This document shows positions 1-8,151 of a DNA stretch of 64,000 nucleotides, piece after piece. The translations under genes and the position numbers were made by a program. This DNA comes from Capsulimonadaceae bacterium (lineage in GTDB: Bacteria > Armatimonadota > Armatimonadia > Armatimonadales > Capsulimonadaceae). Below the pieces are notes generated by a model, which saw nothing but the letters and a program-made list of their open reading frames with translations, had not been told where the DNA came from and did no database searches. The first letter of the stretch is position 1. The number at the start of each line of letters is the position of its first letter. The DNA lies in assembly GCA_965277885.1 (NCBI GenBank), contig CBDIDS010000003.1:3019205-3083204 (forward strand). The letters are read 5' to 3'.

Positions 1-1111
1 TTTGCACCTTGCCGATGGTCGGCGGATTCGAGCAGGGGAACTCATCGGAACTGACTTCACGCTGCTGACTGTCGCCAAAGAAGAAATTCGGGCCGTTCCC
101 GCCCGCGCGGAATTTAATGCCGTCGAGCCGGTCTTTGCCATTACAACTGAAAGCGGGCGTAGGATTGTCCGTAACAGTCAGCACCCACTGTGGGCGGCAA
201 ACGGAGTGATGCGCTGGGGCAAAAACTACGATACCGTTCAAGTGCGCGGCTGGACACCGCTGGAAAACATCGCGGCGGGCGATCTGGTCGCCGTTCCTGA
301 AAGCCTGCCGGCCTTCGGTTCGCCCGTGCCGCTGCCGGAAGACGAGATCAAGCTGCTGGCTTATCTCATCGGTGACGGCAGCTTCACCCAGCCTGCGGTC
401 CGCTTCAGCCAGCAGGACAATGTGCAGCTTGCCGAATTCAAAGAGTGCGTCGCGCGGACACGGTGCCGTATGATTCAGCACAACAAGTACGACTGGAGAA
501 TTGTCGGCAAGCGCGGACGTGTTGCCGCCGGACAGGACAGCAACAATGACGTCATGAACCTGCTCCGTCGGCATGGCCTGATGCGGACGCACTCACGCGA
601 CAAGCGTATCCCTCCGGCGATCTTCCAGCTTCCGCGCGAGCAGCTTTGTTTGTTCCTGTCGCGGCTGTTCGCGACCGATGGCTGGGCGTCCTGCGGCCCG
701 GAGCGTCCGGGAAACCGGCTGCCCCGCACGGAGATCGGTTTCTGCTCGGCGTCGGAAGGACTGGTGCGCGACATTCAAGAGCTGCTGCTGAAGCTCGGCA
801 TTGTCTCGCGTCTTTCCGCGAAGGCAAACGTCCATGCCTGGACTTTAGCCCTCCATGTCGCCTCGGAGATCATCAAGTTTTCCGACCAAGTCGGTATCTT
901 CGGCAAAGAAGATGCCGTAGCGCGAGTCCGTCAGGTCGCCGAACGCGCCCTTGCCGTGCGGCCAAACCGAGGGGAATGGCGGCACCGGAACGCGCCGCTG
1001 GGGATGCGCTGGGAAAAAGTCAAGGCTGTCATGCCGGCGGGCATTGAAGCGACGATCGCGATTGAAGTGCCGGATTACCACACGTTCTTGTCTATGTTCT
1101 GGGAACACAAC
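1..1111 (+). other. Intein (Hint splicing domain plus double-motif LAGLIDADG homing endonuclease) inserted in the DnaA Walker-A loop; first few codons outside window
   Basis: Block-B-like [20 protein letters not shown] motifs [11 protein letters not shown] (from nt 353) and LFATDGWAS. Terminal [19 protein letters not shown] (Asn codon 1109-1111) directly followed by Thr of THLVHAIG. Confidence 0.8.
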
Positions 1112-2115
1112 ACGCATTTGGTGCATGCCATCGGGCATCAGATACGCCTCGCGCTGCCGTCGGCGCGGGTGGCGTATGTCAGCGGAGAAATGTTTACGAA
1201 CCATTATGTGGCGGCGATCCGGGACAAGCGGACGGAAGATTTTCGGCGGGCGTACCGGAACGTGGACGTGTGGCTTGTTGACGACATTCAGATGCTGGCG
1301 TCCAAAGAGCAGACCAAAGAAGAGTTCTTTCACACGTTCAATGCCCTGCACCAGATGAACAAGCAGATTGTCTTGACGTCGGACCGCCCCCCGCGCGAGC
1401 TGCGGGCGATGGACGACCGGCTGCGCTCCCGCTTTGAGTGCGGCCTGGTCGCCGACATCACCGCGCCGGAGCTGGAAATGCGTCAGGCCATTCTCCAAAA
1501 GAAGGCTTTGCTGGACGACCTTGCCATTCCCGAAGAAGTCATCGCGTTCATGGCGAACTTGATCCAAAGCAACATTCGGGCATTAGAAGGGGCGCTGATC
1601 AAGCTGATGGCGTATGCGTCGCTGATCCACAGCCCCGTCACCAAGCAGCTCGCCAGCGATGTTCTCAGCGGCTATTATGTCGAGCGGATGGCCCCGCGCG
1701 AGGCGGCATCGGCCCACCCGGAAGACCATGAATTCGCGTTCCAGTCCCCCGAAGCCGCCGCGCGTTCCACCCAGTCGCTCCCGGCCTCCAGCGCAGGCGG
1801 GCCGGGCGTAGACGGCGTGATCGAAGCCGTTGCCCGGCAAATGGGAGTCACGCGCGAGATGATTGTCGCCGGCGGCGGGCGCAGCAACCGGGCGACCCGG
1901 CTGCACGGCGATGCCAATTTCGCCCGCAGGTCGCCATGTACCTCTTGAAAGAGATGGGCGGCGTGCCGCTGACGACGCTTGCGGCAACGTTCGGCCTCAA
2001 GAGCCACACGGCGGTGGTTCATGCCCACGGACGCCTGCAAAAAGAGCTTGACTCCGACCCGCAGATTTTGTCCTTGATCAGCAAGATAAAGCAGGAACTT
2101 GAGCGGGGGAGTTAA
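1..2115 (+). CDS. dnaA: Chromosomal replication initiator DnaA (5' end outside window; interrupted by an intein; last ~60 codons lie in a different frame)
   Basis: After the intein the frame-2 ORF reads THLVHAIG...[12 protein letters not shown]...[10 protein letters not shown]...LRSRFECGL...[10 protein letters not shown] (DnaA AAA+ domain III). Frame 1 from ~1927 reads [33 protein letters not shown]...ELERGS with stop TAA 2113-2115 (DnaA domain IV). Confidence 0.85.
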
Positions 2116-2125
2116 GAGACCTATT

Positions 2126-2176
2126 GCCTTGCTTCGTAACAAGTTACTTCGCAGGGTCCTTCCTAAAGGAAGGATG
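2126..2176. repeat. Degenerate half-copy related to MITE-like family A (ccttgcttcg...cagggtccttcc-taaa-ggaagga)
   Basis: Shares ccttgcttcg / cagg(g)gtcct(c/t)cc / gg(g/a)agga blocks with the arms at 37403-37445 and 4370-4422. Followed by GAGGAGGTG and the ATG at 2187. Confidence 0.35.
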
Positions 2177-2186
2177 AGGAGGTGTA

Positions 2187-2676
2187 ATGAACGAAGACCT
2201 TGCCTTTCAAGTCAAGCTTTACGCTTCAGGTAGACGCGAGACCGTTCGGGAAAAGGAACTTGCTCATCTACTGCGCCAGGAACCGGAAGAAGATCGGTAC
2301 AAAATCATCCAGGATTGCCTGCAAATCAGCCATCTTCTGGGCCTTCTTTTTGCCCGAAAGTGCCTCTCGTCCCAAGTATTTCAAGGCGATTTTACTCGAA
2401 GGGATTGAAGTTGCTGATGCTCATAGCATCCAATTCTGGCTGAAATGTACGGTTGCTCCTTTAGGCATGAAGCGTGTGCTGCATATATTGGAAGAGGCGG
2501 TCAAGGTCAATCCAAGGGGAGTAGATAAAATTCTTTATCATCTCCCGGCTTACCTTTCTCCAACGGCATCAAGTGCAATGTATCGCATTTACCAGCTCAG
2601 GAAGGCACTGGAAACGCAGTCTAATCTTCCCTTTAGAGAAGACTTTGCGAAGCAATGTGGTAGGTTCCCTATGTGA
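2187..2676 (+). CDS. Hypothetical protein, apparently split across two frames (2187-2408 frame 3, then about 2350-2676 frame 1)
   Basis: Strong SD GAGGAGG 5 nt before ATG 2187. The first ORF looks protein-like to ...ISHLLGLL and the second frame looks protein-like from ...PKYFKAILLEGIEVADAHSIQFWLK. The junction coincides with T5 run 2347-2351. Visibly lower G+C than neighbours. No family recognised. Confidence 0.4.
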
Positions 2677-2804
2677 CATAAGCGATGTGACACTGTGACT
2701 CAATGTGACATAACTTGGGAAATTGTGACACAAGCCGAAACGCGCTGTGACATAACTCGGCTTATGTCACAGTGTCACAATCAGTGTCACAGCGCACTGT
2801 CACA
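2672..2804. repeat. Array of ten 7-bp boxes: six TGTGAC(A/T) on the + strand followed by four TGTCACA (the reverse complement)
   Basis: Boxes at 2672, 2686, 2694, 2704, 2724, 2746 (TGTGACA/T) and 2765, 2773, 2785, 2798 (TGTCACA). The central 11-bp inverted repeat ctgtgacataa/ttatgtcacag (2745-2755 / 2762-2772) marks the orientation switch. Confidence 0.9.
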
Positions 2805-2839
2805 ATTCCCTGTTTTTGCGGGTTGCGGCCTCTGTTTGG

Positions 2840-2985
2840 GGACTCACGCGCACAGCCGCCGCACGGAGTCCGCACACCGATTTTGTCAATCCGCACGCCC
2901 CGCGCAATGAGTCCGCACTGCCGGGCGCACGAAAAATCGGCGTCCCCGCACAGCCGTAACACGTTCGGGCGCACACCGATTCGGG
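2840..2985. repeat. Cluster of about eight (T/G)C(C)GCAC motifs, several as GAGTCCGCAC
   Basis: cgcgcacag, ccgccgcacgg, gagtccgcacacc, aatccgcacgcc, gagtccgcactgc, gggcgcacgaa, tccccgcacagc and gggcgcacacc, read directly within ~145 bp of non-coding DNA. Confidence 0.7.
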
Positions 2986-3013
2986 CCGCGAAACGTCGGC
3001 GAAACAGATTTTT

Positions 3014-3042
3014 GAGTCACACTGAGTCACACGAGAGTCACA
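3014..3042 (+). repeat. Three direct GAGTCACA boxes abutting an AT-rich stretch
   Basis: GAGTCACA at 3014-3021, 3024-3031 and 3035-3042, immediately followed by tctatactactattattacttaagaatttactcttatgtagaattaaaag. Confidence 0.85.
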
Positions 3043-3142
3043 TCTATACTACTATTATTACTTAAGAATTTACTCTTATGTAGAATTAAAAGACTCCGGA
3101 AGGAAGCCGAAATGCAGGCCAAATCTTCATTCAAAGTAAGTT

Positions 3143-4312
3143 ATGCAAGTCACCTCGCTTAAGCTGGACCATTTTCGGAATTACGAGACTCTTGCGATTG
3201 AGCCGGGACCGGGCCTGAACATCTTTGTCGGGCTGAATGCCCAGGGCAAAAGCAACCTGCTCGAAAGCCTGTACCTGCTCGCGACCAGCAAGTCGTCCAG
3301 GGCAGGCAAAGACACGGAGCTGATCCAGTTCGGTGCGGCCCAGACCTGCGTGTCCGCTGATGTCGTTCGGGCCAAGAACAGCGACATCGAGATTGAGCTG
3401 ACCCTGTCGCTGACCGAAAAGAAAGCCGCCCGGATCAACGGCATCAAGCACACGCGGCTCGCCGAAGTGATCGGGCAGCTCAACGCCGTCTTGTTCGACA
3501 GCGGGGATTTAGAGATCATTCGCGGCGAGCCGTCCGTCCGCCGCCGCTTTTTGGATTTGGAAATCTCGCAAACGTCGCCGCGCTATGTGCTGGCCCTGGG
3601 CGCGTACCGCAAGACTTTGGAGCAGCGGAACCGCCTGCTGCGGGACCTGCGCGACGGCCACGCGCCCGCATCGGCCCGGCAGAGCCTGCCGGCGTGGAAC
3701 GAGAGCTTGTCTCAGCACGGAGCCAGGCTGATGGAGCGCCGCCGCCTCTTTTTAGACCGTCTGGCCCAGCTTGCGTCGGAAACGCACGCAATTTTGAGCG
3801 ACGGGCGCGATACGCTGGAAGTCGCTTACCTGCCGTCATTCTCGCTTGGTGACTTGACGGAAGCCGATGCCATTCAGGCCCGCTTTTTGGAAGAACTCAG
3901 CCAAGTGGCCGGCGAAGAAGCCGCGCGGGGAACAACCGTGCGCGGGCCGCAGCGCGACGACATCGCGTTTCTGGTCAACGGCCAGGACTGCCGCTTGTTC
4001 GGCTCGCAGGGGCAGCAGCGGACCGTCGCCCTGTCGCTGAAGCTGGCCGAGCGGCGCCTCATCGAAGAGCTGGTCGGCGAGCCGCCGCTGCTGCTGTTGG
4101 ACGATGTTCTGTCCGACCTCGACGACGCCCGCCGCAGCCTCTTATTTAATCTGACCGCTGAAGCCGGCTCGCAGACGTTTCTGAGCTGCACGAATCTCCG
4201 CGCGTTCTCGCCGGGCGTTTTGGAGCAGGCGACGGTGTATGCGGTCACGGCGGGGAAAGTGGTGAGGACCCACCCCGCCGCAAGCGGCGACCCTCCCGAA
4301 GCGGGAGGGTGA
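3143..4312 (+). CDS. recF: DNA replication and repair protein RecF
   Basis: N-terminal P-loop FVGLNAQGKSNLLESL, signature region GSQGQQRTVALSLKLAE, Walker B LLLLDDVLSDLD. The last ~15 codons run into repeat element A1. Confidence 0.95.
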   Translation: MQVTSLKLDHFRNYETLAIEPGPGLNIFVGLNAQGKSNLLESLYLLATSKSSRAGKDTELIQFGAAQTCVSADVVRAKNSDIEIELTLSLTEKKAARINGIKHTRLAEVIGQLNAVLFDSGDLEIIRGEPSVRRRFLDLEISQTSPRYVLALGAYRKTLEQRNRLLRDLRDGHAPASARQSLPAWNESLSQHGARLMERRRLFLDRLAQLASETHAILSDGRDTLEVAYLPSFSLGDLTEADAIQARFLEELSQVAGEEAARGTTVRGPQRDDIAFLVNGQDCRLFGSQGQQRTVALSLKLAERRLIEELVGEPPLLLLDDVLSDLDDARRSLLFNLTAEAGSQTFLSCTNLRAFSPGVLEQATVYAVTAGKVVRTHPAASGDPPEAGG

Positions 4313-4422
4313 AGAGGCTGGAAGGCAAGCTGCCCTCAGCAAGCCTGCCCGAAACTCTCTGTCCTCCCGCTTCGGGAGGACCCCTGCGCAGCGAAGAATG
4401 AGCGAAGCAAGGAGGTGGGTTT
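4268..4422. repeat. MITE-like palindromic element, family A, copy 1
   Basis: Arms acccaccccgcc...ccctcccgaagcgggaggg and cctcccgcttcgggagg...caaggaggtgggtt are inverted relative to each other and match copies at 33927, 37403 and 57039. Confidence 0.7.
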
Positions 4423-5037
4423 ATGAGAAAAACACGCGGCATGGCGCCGGCCTTCGGCGCGGTAGACAGCTTTTTCCGGGACCAAGAGCTGGCATCGGCC
4501 CTGCGGCCTCATCTTGCCAAAGCCCACTGGGTCCCGGTCGTCGGCCCGCAGGTAGCGGGCGTCACCCAGGTGGAAGCGGTGCGTGACGGCGTGCTGTATG
4601 TCCGGGTCAAGAACAGCGTCTGGGCGAACGAGCTGACTCTGCTCAAAGACGACATACTGCGGCGCTTGAACGCAAAGCTCGGCGGGCGGATCCTGACCGA
4701 CATCCACTTCAAAGCCAGCGGCCTGGCAAAGTCCAAAAAGAAGCCGGAAGTCGTGCGCCCGGCAGGACCGACCGACGCGGAGCTGGCGCGGACGACGCTC
4801 ACGAAAGCGGCGTCCGCGAAGATAGACGCCGCGCTCTCGGAAATCCAAGATGAAGCTCTGCGCGGGCGTATCCGGCAGATCATGCTGCGGGCGGCCAGGA
4901 CTGAAGAATGGAAGCGGCGGGCGGGCTGGCAGGTTTGTAAACGCTGCAAGGCGCTGGCCGAGCCGTCGCCGGACCCGGACGCAGCCTGCTGCTGCACGGT
5001 CTGCCGGGCGGTTGTCTTCGGGCTGGAACGCACTTGA
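4423..5037 (+). CDS. DUF721 / DciA-like protein with C-terminal Cys-rich (zinc-ribbon-like) tail
   Basis: Core VLYVRVKNSVWANELTLLKDDILRRLN typical of DUF721. CKRCK...CCCTVC tail. Classic position right after recF. SD AAGGAGGTG (4409-4417) lies inside element A1. Confidence 0.75.
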   Translation: MRKTRGMAPAFGAVDSFFRDQELASALRPHLAKAHWVPVVGPQVAGVTQVEAVRDGVLYVRVKNSVWANELTLLKDDILRRLNAKLGGRILTDIHFKASGLAKSKKKPEVVRPAGPTDAELARTTLTKAASAKIDAALSEIQDEALRGRIRQIMLRAARTEEWKRRAGWQVCKRCKALAEPSPDPDAACCCTVCRAVVFGLERT

Positions 5038-6581
5038 AAACGGCCTTCTCCTGGGGTGCGCTGCTCGTCGCCGTTGTCGCGCTTCTTTTGTGCCTCCTGC
5101 CGAAGCCCGAAAATGATCTGTTTTTTGAGCTGCGCATCGGCACGGACATTCTTCAGACGCATCACCTGCCGCGCATGGACACTTACTCCTGGACCGAGTA
5201 CGGACGCCGCTGGGACGTACCCGAATGGGGAGCGATGACCCTGTACGCGCTGGCGTACCGACTTGGCGGCTTCTTCGGGACATGGCTGCTGATGGCCGTG
5301 CTTGCGGTGGGGGCAGCGTGGATCGTCTACGGGACGCTGTTTCCGAAAGTCGGCCTCGCGTGGGCGTTCGGCCTGACGACGATCATGCTGCTGGCGATGA
5401 GCGACTGTTTGCAGGAGCGGCCTTATGCATTCTCGTACCCTCTGCTGGCGCTGGGATTGAAGATCGTCACCGACGCCCGGCAGGCTCGCCTGCGTCGTCT
5501 GCTCCGGCTGTTGCCGCTGTGCGTCCTCTGGGCGAGCCTGCATCAAGGGGTCCTTGTCCTGGTCGGTTTATTAGCCGTCTACGGCCTGGGAGACGCGCTG
5601 ACGGCCTTGTGGGGGCATCAGAGCTTGCCGCGCCGCGTGGGGGTGATGCTGGGCATGGCACTGGCCTGCGCGGCGGCGGTGCTGCTGAACCCTTACGGCG
5701 CATGGCTGTACTGGAACGTGCTGGTCACGCTCCGGGACCACGCGCTCATGGCAAATGTGACCGAGTGGAACCCGGTGACGGTGCTGCCTCTGCGTCAGCT
5801 TCAGCCGTTTCTCGCGGTCGGCGTCTGCATCTTCGGGCCGTTATTCTTTAGCCGCCGCCGCAGTCTTCCCGACATTCTGGCTGCCGCCGCGCTGTTCCTC
5901 AATGCCTGTCTTCATGCTCGGAACATTGCGCTGTTTGCCGTCGGCGGCTTGATGATTGCCTCGGTGCATCTGCCGTCTGCGATTGAGCGTCTGCGTTTGG
6001 CCGTCGGCTTTACAGGCCGGTCGCCCTTCTTGAAGCCGCTGCTCGGCATCTTCGCCGGGCTGATTGTCCTGACGACCGCGCTGGTCAGCCTGGTCAGCTT
6101 GGCACGGGCGATTGGACCGCGCGGATGGAGTCTGGAAGGGATCGGCGAGGCGGCGGCGCGGGTGCCGCGATTCCCGTCAAAGGCCGTCGGCTTTATGGAG
6201 GCCGAGCAGTTCCCGCCGCACCTGCGCCTCTTGAACGATTTCGAGACCGGCGGCTACCTGCTGTGGACCCTGCCGTCGGAGCCGGTCTTTGTGGACGGGC
6301 GTTTGGACGTTTACACGGGCCGGACGTTCGACGATATGCTTGTGTTAAGCCGTAACGCCGGGACGCCGCAGTGGGAAGCCCTGGTCAATCTGTACGACTT
6401 CGACTGTGTGCTGACCGAGAACAAGCCCGAAGCAGGCGCCTTCGCCTCCGACCCGCAGTGGCAGCTAGTCTTCGCTTACCCGCAGCACCAAACAGGGCGC
6501 AAACCGCACGAATGGGTATTTTTGCGCCGCCGCACACGGTTTGCGCCGCTGATTGCGCGGTGTTTGCGGGTAAACCGCTAG
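5034..6581 (+). CDS. Polytopic membrane protein, possibly a GT-C-type glycosyltransferase
   Basis: More than ten hydrophobic segments, with a soluble C-terminal domain (FETGGYLLWTLP...VFVDGRLDVY). TTG start overlaps the stop of the upstream gene. The function is a guess from architecture only. Confidence 0.6.
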   Translation: MKTAFSWGALLVAVVALLLCLLPKPENDLFFELRIGTDILQTHHLPRMDTYSWTEYGRRWDVPEWGAMTLYALAYRLGGFFGTWLLMAVLAVGAAWIVYGTLFPKVGLAWAFGLTTIMLLAMSDCLQERPYAFSYPLLALGLKIVTDARQARLRRLLRLLPLCVLWASLHQGVLVLVGLLAVYGLGDALTALWGHQSLPRRVGVMLGMALACAAAVLLNPYGAWLYWNVLVTLRDHALMANVTEWNPVTVLPLRQLQPFLAVGVCIFGPLFFSRRRSLPDILAAAALFLNACLHARNIALFAVGGLMIASVHLPSAIERLRLAVGFTGRSPFLKPLLGIFAGLIVLTTALVSLVSLARAIGPRGWSLEGIGEAAARVPRFPSKAVGFMEAEQFPPHLRLLNDFETGGYLLWTLPSEPVFVDGRLDVYTGRTFDDMLVLSRNAGTPQWEALVNLYDFDCVLTENKPEAGAFASDPQWQLVFAYPQHQTGRKPHEWVFLRRRTRFAPLIARCLRVNR

Positions 6582-8080
6582 GCTTTTGTCACTCTAATGC
6601 GGTCCAGCTCTTTGCCGTCTTCCCCGATCTGGGTCATCGTGAGCGACGCGCCGTGGACATCAAACAGGGTGAACGAGTGAACGCTCGACACGAAGCGAGA
6701 GACACACGCAACATTGCCGTCGTCCGCGTGACGCCACAGCTCCGGGTGGTCGTCGAAGCCGGGGTCGTATAACTCTTTGCCGCCCGCGCCGGTCGTGATA
6801 TAAATGATTCCGCTGGGCTTGGTCACAGTTTTGCCGTCGAAATTTGCATCCAAAGTGAACGTGCCGGGGATACGCCGGTCGCTGATGTGCGGGCCGGGCG
6901 GCGCTTTTGTCAAATCGCCCGGCGCGAACCGCAGGGGCAGGGTGCGCTGGTAAACATGCTCATGTCCGTTTAAAACAAAGTCAACCCCGTGCGCCTCCAA
7001 AAGAGGAGACAGCGCCCGCATCTGCTGCTCTTTGTAATGCTCCGCGCCGGCATTGAACGCCGGATGATGGTACACGACAAACTTCCACCGAGCATCGGTC
7101 GCCTGAAGGTCAGCAGCAATGAACGCTTGCAGCGCGGGGCTGGTCGGGTCAATATAGTCATTCGAGTCCAGGCATAAAAAGTGAGCGTCGCCGTGGTCGA
7201 ACGAATAGTTCGCCATCTGCGGGAACCGCGCCCCGGCTGCTTTTTGGAAGTCGGCGATCAAACCCGCCTCACCAAGTGCCGGAGTGGGGGACGGCGGCGG
7301 GATGGGGCCGTTCATCGGCAGGTGCATCGCCGTATAGTAGGCCAGCGCATCTTTGTCCTGGTCGAAGTCGGCGACGGGGCGCTTTTGGGCATCTTTGTGG
7401 TGGACATCGTGGTTTGCCATGACGGTATAAAACGGCACCGAGCGCAGAAGAGGCGCCCCGACCTTCGGGTCCGGCGTGTCGGCATTGTAGATCGGATAAA
7501 AGTACTGGGCGTACTCGCTGTCCCGCCCGCCTTCATAGACATTGTCGCCGGTGTTGACGATGATGTCCGGGTGAGCCTGGTACGCATGATAGGCAACCGC
7601 CCGCTGGCCGGGATCACCGTAGGAGTTGTCCCCGAAGGCCACAAACCGCGTCGCTTCTCCGCGCTTCTTGCGGGTGGAAAAGTACCCCTCGGCGATGGTC
7701 TTGCCGCCGCCCCGCAGGCGATAGTAATACGTCTTGCTCAGACCCAGCCCCGTCAAGCCGGCGGCGTAATTAAACCGCTTGTCCGTGTCGCCCTGCCGGC
7801 GCTCGGCCCGGCTGATCGGCGCTGTCTTGCCGTAGGCTTTGGTCAGGCCGTAATCCAGCGTAAACCCGGCCGGGACAAGTTCCGTCTGCCAGGCAACTAC
7901 TGTGGTCTCCTGCCCTTCCGTCAGCCGGCTCGCGGGGCCGGGCTGAACATACGGCAGGGCGGAAAATTTGGGGAGCGTCGTCCCCGGCGCGGCGAAGAGG
8001 CCGCGCCCGGCGGGAACAAGCGCGAGGAACGTGACGCCGCCGGCAGAGCGCAAAAAGTCGCGGCGGGAAAGCTGGAACAC
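6578..8080 (-). CDS. Secreted (Tat signal) calcineurin-like metallophosphoesterase / purple-acid-phosphatase-like
   Basis: SRRDFLRSAGG twin-arginine signal. Metallophosphatase motifs GDNSYG, NTGDNVYEGG, MANHD and GHEHVYQR. Confidence 0.85.
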   Translation of the reverse strand: MFQLSRRDFLRSAGGVTFLALVPAGRGLFAAPGTTLPKFSALPYVQPGPASRLTEGQETTVVAWQTELVPAGFTLDYGLTKAYGKTAPISRAERRQGDTDKRFNYAAGLTGLGLSKTYYYRLRGGGKTIAEGYFSTRKKRGEATRFVAFGDNSYGDPGQRAVAYHAYQAHPDIIVNTGDNVYEGGRDSEYAQYFYPIYNADTPDPKVGAPLLRSVPFYTVMANHDVHHKDAQKRPVADFDQDKDALAYYTAMHLPMNGPIPPPSPTPALGEAGLIADFQKAAGARFPQMANYSFDHGDAHFLCLDSNDYIDPTSPALQAFIAADLQATDARWKFVVYHHPAFNAGAEHYKEQQMRALSPLLEAHGVDFVLNGHEHVYQRTLPLRFAPGDLTKAPPGPHISDRRIPGTFTLDANFDGKTVTKPSGIIYITTGAGGKELYDPGFDDHPELWRHADDGNVACVSRFVSSVHSFTLFDVHGASLTMTQIGEDGKELDRIRVTKA

Positions 8081-8151
8081 GGGATTTTCTCGTTTCTTTA
8101 TGAGTAGTTAAGGGCGCAAACCCGCAAATCTAGGCGCGAAACTGTTGCGGG

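Larger units (their letters stand above)
2670..3125. promoter_or_regulatory. Candidate chromosomal replication origin (oriC): repeat-box clusters plus AT-rich unwinding-element-like segment (~3043-3110)
   Basis: About 450 bp of non-coding DNA next to dnaA and recF. Thirteen boxes end in GTCACA (compare the CCACA end of the TTATCCACA DnaA box). The only strongly AT-rich tract of the region lies at its recF-proximal edge. Confidence 0.5.

Noticed and set aside
2672-2804. Reading the TGTGACA array as a cluster of CRP sites, or as a CRISPR-like array.
   Set aside because: No pair has the TGTGA-N6-TCACA spacing (the only inverted pair is 16 nt apart). The units are 7 bp with irregular 1-15-nt gaps and two orientations, unlike CRISPR repeats of 24-48 bp with uniform spacers.
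2695-3065. ORFs across the origin-region repeats (2695-2910, 2762-2974, 2772-3065, 2800-3030).
   Set aside because: Their 'proteins' (for example MTQCDITWEIVTQAETRCDIT) are simply translations of the TGTGACA/CGCAC repeat boxes. The region is better explained as non-coding.
4336-5546. Long antisense or overlapping ORFs (4336-5283 and 4509-5546 on the minus strand). Many similar ones exist: 7181-8107, 16216-16899, 17490-18419, 20334-21182, 35935-37008, 36647-37642, 41407-42288, 47783-48904, 49970-51010, 56666-58870, 59503-60540, 62010-63089.
   Set aside because: They are Arg/Pro/Ala/Gly-rich low-complexity translations lying opposite or out of frame to ORFs with clear family motifs. These are typical shadow ORFs of high-G+C DNA, and none shows a recognisable motif or RBS.
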